The notes: generated by a model not told the origin, from the sequence alone. 62,730 nucleotides of DNA, filler included, from Basidiobolus ranarum (GCA_040143965.1; 8 parts of 8 records of this genome joined end to end with filler, not necessarily neighbours in it), one strand, 5' to 3'; numbered from the whole stretch's first letter, positions 11,058 through 24,520 are shown. Made by a program: numbers and translations.

Positions 11058-13730
11058 TTAGAATTTAGTTCCCTTCTTCTTCTTCTTTGGCTTGCTCTTG
11101 GGCTTGGGTGCTTGAGTTGAGGGTGTAGGTGCTGCGACAGGAGCAGTAGGTGTGCTATTGCTATATGATGGAGTAAAATTTAGAACATTATCTTTTATAC
11201 TTGACTAGATATAGGTAACTTACGTTTTAGCTACACCGTGGATGTTTGCACTGCCAGTTCCGCCTAATCCACCACCACCAGCTGAAGCTGAGCCTTGAGA
11301 GGCGCCCTTGAGATTCTTTTTCTTTCCTTTTGGTCTGTAAGCAGCTCTCTCACGTTTAGGCAACCATCTTTCAGGGTCGGGAGTGACACTAGGATCATAG
11401 TTCTTAGGCAAAAGTGGCTTACGCTTACGCTTCTTCAACTTCTTATCTTCATTGTTAGCAGTCCTAATAAAAAAGTAAACTTAATAATCCACAAAATTTG
11501 CACGGCTATATATGGTCATGCATAACTTACTTTTTAGAATCGGCCTTAGAGAGTGTTTTTTTCACGTATGATTTCTTGACACCTGGTACTACAACTTCTA
11601 GACTATCAGAATCAATGTGGCTCAAAAGTCCACTTATAGGGGGAAGCGAAGATTCATATTTCTCAGCTAAAGACGGTTTGCATTCCGCATAAGACATAAT
11701 TAAACCAGCAATAGCCTGATAATCAGATGGGTCGGCCCTGACAAGTTTTTCAAAGTCTAGAGCTGCGTCTTCAGCACGGTTTGACTTCAACTTAAAGTTG
11801 GCAGTTTGCTTAATGATAGCAGCAGGAGGGTGGTGCTGAAAGTCAAGCATTAGATTCAAATTCATTAAAAGTTGACATGTACAATTATGTTGAATTACCT
11901 CATCACTAACTGATTGCCAAATCTCGCATGCATCATTGAGAATTTTAGCTCCCATTTCGCCTTGGCCAGATTGCTCAAGTAACCACACTTTAAGTCCAAC
12001 CAAACCTGGTCTATACTTCTGAATATCGTCCTTCAAAGTGTTGGTGTATGCTTCCAATGTCTGCAGTGCCTCAGTGAAATTAGATTGTAGAGCCTGTAGT
12101 TGGATAATGGCAAATTGAATAGCAAGAGAAGAGCTATCACCAGCTTGAGCCTAAGTTCCAAAATGTAAGTAATCTGCGGGTAAGCTAACTGAAAGATGTC
12201 AAAGCAATATTACCTGAAGTTCTTCCAAAGTCTTGGTAACGTTCTTTTGGGCAAGATGATTAGAAGCATTAATCAGATGAGGAATATCAGTATCAGGATA
12301 TACTGAAATTAATTTTTTGACAGTTTCGCGGCAGGCTCCATGCTTTGAAATCAATACAAATCATGATGTTAGAAATGTCCATACGCATATCTGTAGGAAG
12401 TCCCGGTTACCTTGTTCATATACAACATCAATAGAGCATTATTGATGGCAATGATTCTACGTTGAGATTTGAAGAGTTTCTGTTGAATATTATCAGCAGT
12501 GGCAACGCGTAATTTCTTGACAGATTCGAACAGGTCTTCCTTTTTCTTAATAGCAACCAAGTTATTAGCAGAGATGGCAACAACTGTAGCATCCGCATTC
12601 CTATCAAGATTACAAGTGATTAGAATTCGTTTAGATTAGAAACTAATGAAATGCTGCTTACTTGGTTTTCAAAACTGAAGAGTACATCTCAACAGCTTGC
12701 TGTGTTTTTCCTTGCATTTGGTAAACATAAGCAAGTTGGATAACAATAGAAGAAAGTTCTTGCTCTATTTCTTCCTCAGTATAATCTTCTCCACTGAGAG
12801 AAACACGGCACATGCCTTATTTCAAATGTTAGTTGGGTTTCTAAAATTTCAAGTTAAAGCTACTTACTGCGGGCAGTTTCCAAAAGAGTTTCAGCTTTGC
12901 CGAGATCACCCTTGGCAACCCAAATGCAAGCAGAATTGAATGCAAGCTCGTAGGTTTGACAGGGATCAGTAATAGCATACTAAATAGTAGATAAGAATTA
13001 CTGAACTCAGGAAATACCAAAAACATAACACGTTACCTTATCATCCAATTTCATTCCTGACATCAAGATAGCCCCCTTGACAGCATTATAATTAGTCAAG
13101 ATATCAAGATATTCTTCTTGTTGCTAAATAAAAATGGAATCTCGGTTGGTTGAGCCAATCATAGGATACCCAAAGGCTATATACACAAACCTCGCTAACT
13201 TCCTGTAGAAGATTGTAGTAGATCTCGATACAGCTAATATAGTCTTCCATTCTATAGGTCTATAGATAAAAATTAACAAGATGATGCTAAAGCAAGTACA
13301 TTTCAAACCACATTACAATTTGAGCCTCTAGATGCCTAAGTGAGAATTCTTGAGATTGGGTTTCCTTTAGAGCTTGTCTAACAATCTTCAGAGCTTCCTC
13401 TAATTGATGGTCTCTGTATAAGCAGTAGGCCTTTTCAAACACAAGTGCTTTAATTTCAGCATTTTTGGTAGTTTCGAAAACCTTCAAAGCTTCTTTATAA
13501 TTTTCAAGACGAATCAAAGTTACGATCTTCACGTGAAGTGCGTCACGATCTTCGGGATTGAGCTTTAAAACTTGACAGATGTTAGCATATTTTTAAAAAG
13601 AATATAGATGTATACCACTATTCCATGACTTACTTTTATTACAAACTTTGGTAGCTTTCTCGTATTCGACGAGATTGAGAAGTCTCTCGAGCTCACTGAA
13701 GAGCAAAGTGAGGCTATCGTGATCAGGCAT
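11058..13730 (-). CDS. SRP72: Signal recognition particle subunit SRP72 (about 12 exons)
   Basis: TPR region (FEKAYCLYR, HLEAQI) and C-terminal RNA-binding motif KRKRKPLLPKNYDPSVTPDPERWLPKRER; ATG at 13730, TAA at 11058-11060. Confidence 0.95.
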
Positions 13731-14562
13731 TTTGTTAAGGAAAGAAGCCAGGAACTACACTTTCGATGATTTTGAAAGTTTTTAATGACGATTTAGAATT
13801 TGGTGACATGAATTTAAAATTGATTTGATCGTAGCCCAATTGTGTTGGTCAGTAAATTTTATCAGTGTTGCTTATAGGCTATATTATGAGCCACCTTAGA
13901 GTTTGAGTGACATAAAATTACAACATATTGTTAATCAAAAACCTAAAGCATACCTCGTCTCTTCTGCTTTTTTAGATTTGAGTAAAATACAATGTAATGC
14001 GTTAAAGCCTGGCCACATCCGAAAATCAAAGATTTATCATGAAACTCATGAACAGCATTACTTCAACTATGATTAAAACCAGAAAAGCAGTTACTATTAG
14101 CAGCAAAATTTAGACTAAAGACAAGAGTACTTCTTTAGACTAATCCTATCTTTGCTCTCCAACTACAAACGAGATATATTGAGCTCCTTCAAAGGATGGA
14201 GCCGTAAAAGTAAAACCAGATCCGCACAGTTGATTACTGTAATATAATTTAGATGACTTAATGCATAGCAATACAACATTGTCAGAAGTATTAGCTGCGA
14301 CTAAAGGCTAACCATAAACCTTAACAGAAAATGACTTGCTTCCAGTTCAATAGACACTCAAAGCATTTTCTGTAGCGCTTATAACTGAATCACTTTTTTG
14401 CATGCATTTTCCAAATGGCAATATCTGCATTCACTTCATGATTCAACTTGGTATTAATCACATAGAATAAGTAGAGCCCAAATAACTATATAAGATGTTA
14501 TGAAGACTATTCCTCTGCTCCTGGTGATGTTACAGAAATGAAAATAATAACATTCATCAAAC

Positions 14563-14892
14563 TGTTGAAATTAGCATAGCCTAAACACCTATATAGTCAT
14601 ATATAGCTTAGTATTTAGTTATTCCATATTTCACTCAGATATCACCCACTTTTTTCAAGAGGAATTTATGTAGAGGTTCTCCGATATATATATTTTTTAA
14701 ATATGTCCTGGAGGTCCCAAACTTTGCACACATATTTCTGGAACCTTCCTCAAAGCATTGTGCATGTTTATTTGGATTTATCTTGACAAAACTATAAATG
14801 TTAACTCTCCACTCAATAAATCAATAAGTGAAAACAATCAATTATTCCAGTTCTCCAAACCACTTGGAACAAACTCCTAAAATACTTCAATA
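14563..14892 (+). mobile_element. Solo LTR, copia family A
   Basis: TGTTGAAATT...TTCAATA termini; flanks CAAAC/CAAAT (5-bp TSD, 1 mismatch). Confidence 0.85.
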
Positions 14893-15286
14893 CAAATAGG
14901 TTCTATTAGAGTGAATATTTCTGATAGCTTGACCGATTGTGTATAAAGAGATGAGTAAGAATGGGTTTGAATCAAAATCTTAGAAATTGTGATTAAAAGC
15001 GAGTGGCGCCTACTATTGATACTCACATATCGGAGATTTGCGATATTGACAAAACTCTGGAATGCGTAGAAACACTGAATAGCTTCTTTTTACTGATGGA
15101 CATATAATCAGATTTATAGAATTTGTATTTGACATTAGACAATACATTGGAGTCATAGCAGGTTTACTTTCTTATTTATATTACAACCCAATCAGCTTGC
15201 TAGTCTTCCCAAGCACAAAAAAGCTACAGAGAGAACCTGGCTATTCAGAATGGGTAGGCTATATGAGTTTTATGTTAGAATATAAC

Positions 15287-15650
15287 TGTTGAAGATAGCG
15301 TTGCCTAAACAACTATAGAGTCGTATATAGCTTAGTAAATAGTTATCCTATATTAAACTAAAATATCACCCGTGATTCTCAACTGGAATTTACTTTGAAC
15401 ATTTTTCACAACTTATAAGTGTTAAAGTATTTGGGAGCCTGTTGGAAGTGGTTTGGAGAGTTAGAGGAATTGGTGGTTTTCACTTATTGATTTATTTAGT
15501 AGAAAGTTGACATTTATAGTTTTGTCAAGATGTAGACAAACTAACATGTAGAATGTGTTAAGCACGATCCCCGGAACCTGTGTGCAAAGTTGGGGGCTTC
15601 TAGCACAAGTTTGAAAAAAAGCTATATATGTGCGAACTTCTTAGTTGGGA
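15287..15650. mobile_element. Family-A LTR (+, 15287-15419) interrupted by an opposite-orientation family-A LTR (15420 to contig end)
   Basis: TGTTGAAG start at 15287; TGTTAAAGTATTTGGGAGCC (reverse LTR end) at 15420. Confidence 0.85.
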
Positions 15651-15750
15651 NNNNNNNNNNNNNNNNNNNNNNNNNNNNNNNNNNNNNNNNNNNNTTAATT
15701 AATTAANNNNNNNNNNNNNNNNNNNNNNNNNNNNNNNNNNNNNNNNNNNN
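15651..15750. other. Artificial contig spacer
   Basis: N44-TTAATTAATTAA-N44. Confidence 0.99.
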
Positions 15751-18186
15751 GAAGCGCACCCAACACAATTGCTCATCTCACTTACTGATATTGGTAGAAG
15801 AAGTGGTGAAACCACTGGAGAACATCACAATGCAAGCTACCAAGGTACAAAATAAGGCATAGGGAGGATAGCTGCTATCCCTCGAGTCGTTGGCGTTACG
15901 TCTTTCCTCGGACATTATGGAGTAAAGCTGCTAGTTGTAGGAATAGAGTTCCGAAGGCAGTTTGTTTTTCTAAAGCCTTAGAAAAAGCTGTATTTGTTTG
16001 ACTTGAGGTGGGTCAACTGGTTACTTTTAATTGTTCCTGATCCCAGACGACCTGGTATTTGAATTCCCGAATGCTCTATTTTGGATAAAAATGCCACCCG
16101 TCTCGGTAACTAATTGGGTAGGTTATGGTCGGAGATCGAAATCGGGCCTGTCTCTCTATATTCTTAACCTTATTTGGATACTTCCTCTGGCCCATATAGA
16201 GCACATCTATCTCATTATGGAAGGTACATCTCCTATTCCGGTTCTGCTCAGGGTGGCTTTAGTTTCAAGCAACAACAAAAAAGGATTTTATTATACTTCC
16301 TTCGTCCGAAAGTGAAACATTTCCTTCAATTGTAGACCGAGTGTCTGGTATGATCTTTAAAAACTTCACAACAGCATGCTACCCCTCTTTTCGATCTGCT
16401 TATGGAGATCCTTGAATGATCTAGAGTGGCAGCAAGGTTACGGAACCTACCCGATCCACTTAAAATTAAGGATTCATATATAGTATCCTTTGGCTTCATC
16501 ACCATTGGCTAGCCAGGATCTAAAGACAACAAGATGAAACACCACAGTCATATTGGGTTATGTCAACTAACTAGGATAGATAGTTGTATTTGTCCCGCTT
16601 AATAAGTTAAAATATACCGCGTTTCAATTTTCGGCTCAAATATTCAAGAGTTGACAAAACAAAACTTGCTTATATCATCGTGTCAATAAGAATATCAATG
16701 ATCTTGTTCATGACCAGTTTCTCGACCAGTATTTATCTGGAATTATTTATTATATTATCTTACGTGTTTGAGTAACTCAAAGGCACGCGCATCTGTTTGC
16801 GTATCTTATGCTGTCTACCAACTCCATCTTGGGGAACAGTTTGGATATCAACTGGCTCCTGTCGCCCAAAGCTGGCGGCGAGTATGGCTCTTGTGACCTG
16901 GTACCAGACTGCTGTTGGATTTGGTACAGTCGTATTTATTCATTATACAGAGAGGAAGATCTGATAAGGGTGGTGCACTATGAATCGCTAACCCTCAATT
17001 TATACTTTCTTGAGAGATTTTTGGTAAATGAAGACACAAATGGAAATAGGAACACAAACTAGTATCATAAGGTAAACTTTTATTTTAAGTATTTTGTTGC
17101 GTTTAAAATTTCATTAATCAGTTCATTACCTTATCTAATCTTTTCTTTGTTAGCCTTCACTAAATATCCGTTTTACTGCATCTTCTGCTCTTTACTCCCC
17201 AAGAAATCTTACGCATGCAATGCTCTGAGTGTATTGCCCAAATCTGGATGAACGTAGTACGCGCATTTCCTATCCAAGGAGAGACAACGAACTAATTGGT
17301 ATCTCAACTTCTAACTGGAACATATCCAACGCCATTGTTACTTTTAAGTTGAAAGTTCATGCAAATCTATCACTTTTCCGGATTATGAATAGAAATGATT
17401 TTACTTGTATCAAATATCAGCTGAAGCTTCCAAACCAAACTTCGCACCTACATTCATACCCAAGCTAGAACAATGAATTTCTGCATAAAGGAGGCCATAT
17501 CCCGAACTTATGTAACTAATTGAGATGTGTTCCTACATCTCTGTGAGAGATTGTAGCCAGCGTAGTCTTAGTGAAACACCAGATAATTTGACTACCCAAT
17601 GGCTCTAGTATTTGAGCAAATTTTGGAAATGTTGGCAAAAGAACGCGTTCATATATAAACCATCATACCTACTTTTATGTGGATTCATTAACCACTAAAC
17701 AAGCAAATAGTATCTAGAGTTGCTAGATGGTACTTGAGTCAATGATACATTAATCCATCTTAGGGTCATCTTCTCTGACAATTCTATTACCAACATTTCA
17801 ACACAGAGATAATTACTCATTTAGGGATACCAAGACCTTTGCAATAATTATACCATCGGATATGCGCTACAGAACTAGAATGTTGCTAACAAAACACTAG
17901 CATTCAATGAAGGTAATAGTAACAATAGTGAAATGAAAGCAATTATGGAGCAAGTGGAATGGACCAATACAGCGCTGATATTAAAAGTTCAATAGTTCCT
18001 ACTCACTAGTTAGTATCAACAGGAACCAATCGTAGCGGCCCAAGGTAATGATGGCAGAGCCTGCTGCATATTGAGTCAAAATAAGGTCAGCAACAATATC
18101 ACGGCTAATTCAATTCGAGTATGCTTAATAGATGAACCATGCTTTACTTTGAAGAAAATGTAGCAATTCTGTTTTTTTGTGTGTCT

Positions 18187-18860
18187 TGTTGAAATTTGCC
18201 TTGCCTAAACACCTATATAGTCATATATATATAAGTGTTTCTCATACTCTACTTCACAAGATATCACCAATTATTTTCAATCCAAATGTACTGTGAATAT
18301 TGGTACCAACTTAGAAGTTTTCAAATATATAAATTTTTCAAACTAGTGCTGGAAGCCTCAGCCTTTTAACACATATTGCTGAAACCCTTACTAACACATT
18401 CAATGCTTTAGTTTATTCATGTCTTGACAAAGTTATAAGTGTCAACTTTCAACACAGTATTTCAACAAATAAATACCATCAATTTCTCTAGTCCTCCCAA
18501 CCGCTTCCACAAGGCTATCAAAGCTTGTTAACATGTTATGACCCCCAAGCTTGCACTCTCTGTAATGTCCACTTCTCAAATTTCCAGAACATTTCCCACC
18601 TCTGAAAAATTGGATGGAACCAATTTTCAAGCTTGGAATATTAAAATGAAATGCTGTGGCAAGAAAAACTGCTGTGAGATACTGTTACCAAAGTAAAGCA
18701 AAACTGTCTGAAACCAAACTTCAACTCCTCATCAAACAAGAAAAAAGTGCCTCTAATATGATTTGACTTGATGTTAAAGATAACTTGCCATTTGAATGTT
18801 CAAGGGCCAAAACTGCCAAGAATGTATTGAAAGCCTTGGAAGACACCTATTCAAATATTC
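18187..18860 (+). mobile_element. 5' end of a copia family-A element: 5' LTR (18187-18533), PBS, degenerate gag
   Basis: TGTTGAAATT...TTAACA, then TGTTATGACCCCCA (copia-type PBS), then ATG 18565 MSTSQISRTFPTSEKLDGTNFQAWNIKMK (copia gag N-terminal motif). Confidence 0.85.
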
Positions 18861-20195
18861 TAATTATACCTGGTAAAATATTGATCCTACTATTTAGCAT
18901 GCATTATTTAATTTCCAACAATTTTTGCAAAAAACTAATTTTTGAATGGCAAATTACTGGGTTCACTGCTATAAGATTTCAAATTAATATATATGCCTAT
19001 ATTTAGGTATTTTAGGCTTTATATTCCAGCCATAATGAAAATCTAAAAGTACAAGAATCTTTTTGTGTTTAGTCTCTACATATGCACATACTTCACTGAT
19101 CAGACATTGCTCAACAACACCAATTTGCTTTACCAGCAAACTATTGGTGAAAAATTGCTAAACATTTGAAATTTAGAGCAGCACTGACACTTGGCAAATA
19201 GCTGACTCTTGATACCATTTACAATGCAAATATGCTCTTGGATATTGGCAAATTTCTGTCAAGAATTTAGCCAAAATATCCCCAACTTGCAGTAAACAAA
19301 TGTCCTGCCACAAGTAGATGTGTCATTACTGGAATGGATTACCCCATGGCTAAATCAATAATACTGCAAGTCTTGATCTATCTTACCAAGTAATCTGTAT
19401 TGCAGCTTTCCTAGATATACTGTCACATTATCACATGAGCAAAATAGCTCAAATCATAGAGATACTTGCTCTGTGTCCATGGATTAGGTTTTGTTGCTGT
19501 TATTGTGCTCAAACAATGTCAAAACCCATGAGGACATTGAAAAGAGCAGAGTGTTGTAATGTTAATATAGTCTAGAGTCTCCTTAACCCATTGCACTACA
19601 TCCATCCCTAATTTTGTTGATACATTGCTAATCAGAGTGGTATATAGTAATACTGATGATTTCACATTGAGCATCATTTCACCACAGGTATGCTCCATTG
19701 GGAATTTGCGGAATATATAGAAAAGGTCTTTTATCTCTGAGCATTGTGAGAGATGTAGTAGGGAATGTATTTAAAACTGGCATAGATTCAGTCTATCTTC
19801 TTTAAACCTTTAATAAAGTTCTTCATATCCAATTACCAAATCTTTGCACAGTTGCTGTATCTGCCTGATATCTGCCAGTGTAAGTTGATGCTGTAAAAAT
19901 ATGTTAGCCATATTGATAAACAACTCCAAATGTTGCCAGTATTTATCACACAGATATCTTTTTAAGATTCCACTTGAATATATACAAATCCAATACTCCA
20001 GTCTTTGCATTGAAATAAATGCTCAGATGGCTAGATATTGATGGGAGTCCTGGTAAAATATGATGGTGTCTTGATGTTTCCAAGCATTTTCCCAATTGAC
20101 TCAAACATTGAATTCTTCTAGTATGGTTCATTCAGTTTGAATGTTTGCTATATTGCTGAGTAAGTAGTATTGGAATATTGCTAAATAGTAAGTGC

Positions 20196-20477
20196 TATTG
20201 ACATTATTTAGGGAGAAATATTGGTCTGGCCAGGATTTGAACCTGGGACCTCCTTCACTCTAGCAAGGTGCTCTAACCACTGAGCTACCAGTCCTTGTAT
20301 GCTATGCCTATATTGCTAGGGAACCTTAACCTAGTCTGTCAATGTATGGTACTTTGGCATTTCAGCTATACAAGCAACTGATTGGCCTTAGACTTTGTGT
20401 TCAGATGCAGTCACCATACTCCATATTTTCCTCTTTGGGAATTACTGCTTGTACCACAAGTCACCAGACTTTCAACA
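20196..20477 (-). mobile_element. 282-bp solo LTR (family C) containing a tRNA-like gene
   Basis: Minus-strand termini TGTTGA...TCAATA; perfect TSD AGTGC at 20191-20195 and 20478-20482; removing it restores the transposase frame MHL|LFSNI. Confidence 0.85.
20222..20294 (-). tRNA. tRNA-like sequence/pseudo-tRNA, apparent anticodon AGA but short variable loop
   Basis: GGACTGG-TA-GCTC-AGTGGTTA-GAGC-A-CCTTG-CTAGAGT-GAAGG-AGGTC-CCAGG-TTCAAAT-CCTGG-CCAGACC-A: 73-nt cloverleaf with A and B boxes; one mismatch in the acceptor stem and one in the anticodon stem. Confidence 0.75.
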
Positions 20478-22879
20478 AGTGCATAGTGCTTAATGGGAAG
20501 CTCTGGCTCCAGCTGATCCTCTTTAGCAATATAATCATAGGCTTATGGCTAATCCCAAGTTTGATAGTAGACTGACTATTTGGTGAATTGATATTAGTGC
20601 ACATGTTCAAATCTGACTGGGCTCTTGTTGGTATAATCATGGAGTTTAGTGTTGTACTTGGATAGTAGTAATGAGAATGCCTGGCAGAGTAATTGCCATT
20701 AATTTCTCAAAATTTACAGCAAGATAGTGCATTGTGCCAGTGAAAACATCCAAGCTTACTGATGGCAGGAGTGTCACCAATACATGCAATGATGTTAGCT
20801 TTAAAAAAATATTCACCCATTTGATCCCCATTATATAACCATTCAAATTCCATATTCAATGGCTCCAAGAAGCTTTCTAGCTACTCAAGCAGCAATGAAT
20901 TGTTAATCCACTTGCCAAATGTGTTCCTTTCTAGCAATAGTGCAGGTAAAGAGATTTCAATCCCTCAATAATGTAGGTAATCAATAGTTGAGCAAAGTTC
21001 AATAGAAACATCATCAAGATGTCAACTTTCAAAATGCCTAGTTTGCCAGCTATTGAACACCCCTTCATAGACAATTTGGATAGAATTATTACAACAAGGG
21101 AATCACAGGCAGAACACCATGATATTTGTATGCAATCATTAATGCAGCATTTGAAGCTACTAGTCATCAGTTAGAGTCACTCAACGATGATACAAATCTT
21201 TAAGATTCTGTGCTTGAGCTACATCAACATGCTGCTCTCTCCATCCATTCTCATACAGGATTTCATTCAATCCCACACCATACATATGAACATCACCATG
21301 ACAATCTAACAGAGTGGAATATGTGTTGGACCATTAAGCCTGCACAACAACCCAAAATTGCTTTGGCACATGAAATTTGAAATCTCATAAGAAAACCAGC
21401 AAACCAAAAGGCTCTCAATGTCAGATCTGCTGTCACTGGCTTTGATGATGAATGGTTCAACATTTTGGAAACTTTGCAGAATGTTGCCCAAAATCACCTT
21501 GATTTGAGCCAATTTTGCAGAAACCACAGTGCAGGTGTTACTTAGAAAGTTGTTTGCTTATTTTATGTGGCTTATCCTGGGCTTTTGCAAGCAAATGGTA
21601 ATTTGTCTAGTAAAGGCCTCTTCATGAAACATCTCAAAAATGTCAATAATTATTGACTTGGAAAAGAAAGAAAAGCAGCTAAAGATGTACCCAAGGAGCA
21701 GGAAGTTTGTAAACCCCAGGGAAAAGCTAAGGAGCCAGTGATTTCAGGCTCTACTGTCCCATTTATCAAATTCTTCACACCGTTACAAGGATCTGCATTA
21801 CCAGACTTAGATATACTGGCAAAAAGGCTTGATTTTACCATGCAACCTAGTAAACCAGCTGGAAGAGTGCAAAAGTCAGAAGTGTATCTAACACCTGGCA
21901 CCTCTCAACAAGCTAAAACACCAGCAAATAAAACTCATAGCATTCCAACCTTAAGTGATACTTTTCAAAGTGTCAAAATTAGCCTCAAACTTAAAGGCAA
22001 GCAAAAAGCCACCCAAACACTGCAAAGCACACTGAGTAATGTCACACTACAACAATGTATAAAAATAGTAAAAGTGCTTGTGGAGGATTTCCAAAAGTAT
22101 AATGAGAAAAATACAGTGCAAGTGCACAGAAAGTGGCTTTGTAAGAAGAACATTCAACTTGATATTCAGTGTGGTGTTGACTGTGCAGTTATCTAGGAAG
22201 AACTTAACACAGAGTGACACAATATCTCAAGGTATCTGCCAGATAGCTGGAAGAACATTGATTCAGCAATGTTAATACAATGGTGGGCTTTGTTTGAGAT
22301 ATGGATATAAATTTGTGTTGGATATGAGCTAAATCTTGGGTATCAAGAACTCTGTAAAAATATTTGGAAGAATACATTAGAGAAACTAGGGATTTCAAAG
22401 GTGACAAATCAGCATCAAAGTAGTAAATATGCAAAATTTGAGTTATGTTTTTTGCACATGTGTTGATACATAGTTTTCTGAGATTGTAGCCAATTATGTG
22501 TAACTGTTTTACAAGATCTTGAAATATCACTCCTGAAACCAAAAAAATTGATCAAAATCAAATCTAACTTGATGATTTTATGACATCAAGTAAATGGTCA
22601 ATCCAAAATGGATTGTGATGGTTTACTTAAAATTACTATCCCCAAATTTCTGTTAGGGTATATATGTATTTATGCAATGCTAATTTCAACATAACCTACT
22701 CTCTGCCATTACATAGCATGTCACTGCTATTCTTCAAGTCTCATAATAGTTGAATCAGCTCTGTTAATATTTTCTGCTTAAACAGTTCTGAGATTCTGCA
22801 CTTAACTGTTTCTTGGGTTCAGTAAAGTTCAAGACTTTCTCTCTACTTTTCTCTTGAACATAACACTCACATAATACTT

Positions 22880-23513
22880 GATATTCTGAAACTTGTCCAA
22901 CAGATCCTAAATTTTGCACACATTTTCCTGGGACCTTCCTGAACATATTTAGCATGCTAGTTTTCATTGACTTAATCACAAATACATCAATTATTGAGTG
23001 AAAGCTATCTATTTTCTAGTTTTCCAAGTCACATCCAAAAACTCCCAAAAAACCTTAATATATACTGTGTCACTATGGAAGAATTGTTAAAGTATTTGGG
23101 AGCCTGTTGGAAGTGGTTTGGAGAACTAGAGAAATTGGTGGTTTTTAATTGTTGACTTATTGAGTAGAAAGTTGACATTTATAGTTTTGTCATGATGTAA
23201 GTGTTAAGATATTTGGGAGCCTGTTGGAAGTGGTTTGGAGAGTTAGATGAATTGGTGGTTTTCACTTATTGATTTATTGAGTAGAGAGTTGATATTTGTA
23301 GTTTTGTCCAGATGTAAGCAAACAGATGTGTAGAATGTGTTAAGAAAGGTCCCAGGAACATGTGTGCAAGGTTTGGGGCTTCTAGCACAAGTTTGAAAAT
23401 TTTATATATCTTCAAACTTCTAAGTAAATTCCTTATGAGAATAATGGATAATATCTTAGTGAATTATAAGATAACTAAGTACTAAGCTATATATGACTAT
23501 ATAGGTGTTTAGG
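22880..23513. mobile_element. Cluster of family-A LTR pieces (old + fragment to about 23060; reverse LTR from 23085; nested reverse LTR from 23202)
   Basis: Repeated TGTTAAAGTATTTGGGAGCCTGTTGGAAGTGGTTTGGAGA-like starts at 23085 and 23202. Confidence 0.85.
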
Positions 23514-23613
23514 NNNNNNNNNNNNNNNNNNNNNNNNNNNNNNNNNNNNNNNNNNNNTTAATTAATTAANNNNNNNNNNNNNNNNNNNNNNNNNNNNNNN
23601 NNNNNNNNNNNNN
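23514..23613. other. Artificial contig spacer
   Basis: N44-TTAATTAATTAA-N44. Confidence 0.99.
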
Positions 23614-23968
23614 CTCCCAAAGATGATCTGAACACAACCCCAGTGTTACCTTACTGTATTTCCACCAAAATGTATAAATGCTTCATTTCTGGACAATACA
23701 TAATTATCTCACAAAAGCTATTCACAACTCCACTTTTCTAAAGTTCCTCCAAAGAGCCCATATTTTCCCAATAGAATTAAGCAAGAAGCTACTTGCCTCT
23801 GTTCACCACAACAAAATGGAGTTACTGAAAGGGCTAACAGGATTGTTATGGAAATGGCAAGATCTATGAGAAATGCACAATATTTTTCTCATAAAATTTG
23901 TGTACAATCTGTTGATATAGCTGTATATCTAAAGAATAGGAGTTTTACTGGAAGTCTGTCTAACTTTG

Positions 23969-24315
23969 TATTGTGATTGTCATTGCCTAAGCACCTGTAT
24001 AGTAATATATTGCTTATTATGTAGTTATCTATATTCCACTATGATATTACTCATTATTCTCAATTGGAAGTTGCTTAGAAAATTTTTACCCACTTTGAAG
24101 TTCTCAGAAATATAGTTTTTTCAAACTTGTGCTCAAAGGCCCAAATTTTGCACACATGTTCTTGGGATCTCCTTCTACACATTCTACACGTAGATCTGCT
24201 TACATTGTGACACAAGTATAAATGTCAATGTTTTACTCAATAAATCAATAAGTGAAAACCACCAATATTTCTAATTTTCCAAACCACTTCCAACAGGCTA
24301 CCAAATACTTTAACA
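23969..24315 (+). mobile_element. Solo LTR, copia family A
   Basis: 347 bp ending TTTAACA; TSD CTTTG/CTCTG; the integrase sequence resumes after it. Confidence 0.85.
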
Positions 24316-24520
24316 CTCTGCACTATATCAAGCTTGGCTTGGAGTTTAACTTGTTGTGAAATATTTGACTCAAATTAAAGCCTGTAGACTTTATGATACT
24401 GAAACTTCAAACTTAGACAAGTCCAGGAATGTTTTGTTTAATGAAAATAAATAATGGTAGCCCAAAAAAACCTCTGATTATGACAAAAATCAATTTTCTT
24501 CTGACCCAATCATTCAAGTT

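Larger units (their letters stand above)
19100..20880 (-). pseudogene. Degenerate CACTA/EnSpm (Transposase_21/DUF4218-like) transposase
   Basis: Frameshifted motifs in order: CIGDTPAISKLGCF..HNALSCCKF, SFPLSTMHLLFSNI, IKTPSYFTRTP, YSSGILKRYLCDKYWQH..GYEELY, IHSLLHL..FPMEHTCG. Boundaries approximate. Confidence 0.75.

Noticed and set aside
15751-18186. Short ORFs (16031-16315, 16808-17062, 17229-17468) and a small GGATAGC/GCTATCC hairpin
   Set aside because: No recognisable domain or consistent splice structure; cannot be supported by eye.
20250-20270. Reading the tRNA-like loop as an amber suppressor (CTA anticodon)
   Set aside because: Canonical numbering puts C32-U33 before AGA; a CTA anticodon would need a shifted, non-pairing stem.
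23420-23513. End of contig 3 overlaps the start of contig 1 (about 94 bp, 1 mismatch), suggesting a join or a circle
   Set aside because: The overlap lies wholly within a multicopy young LTR (also at 32425-32530), so it is not evidence of adjacency.
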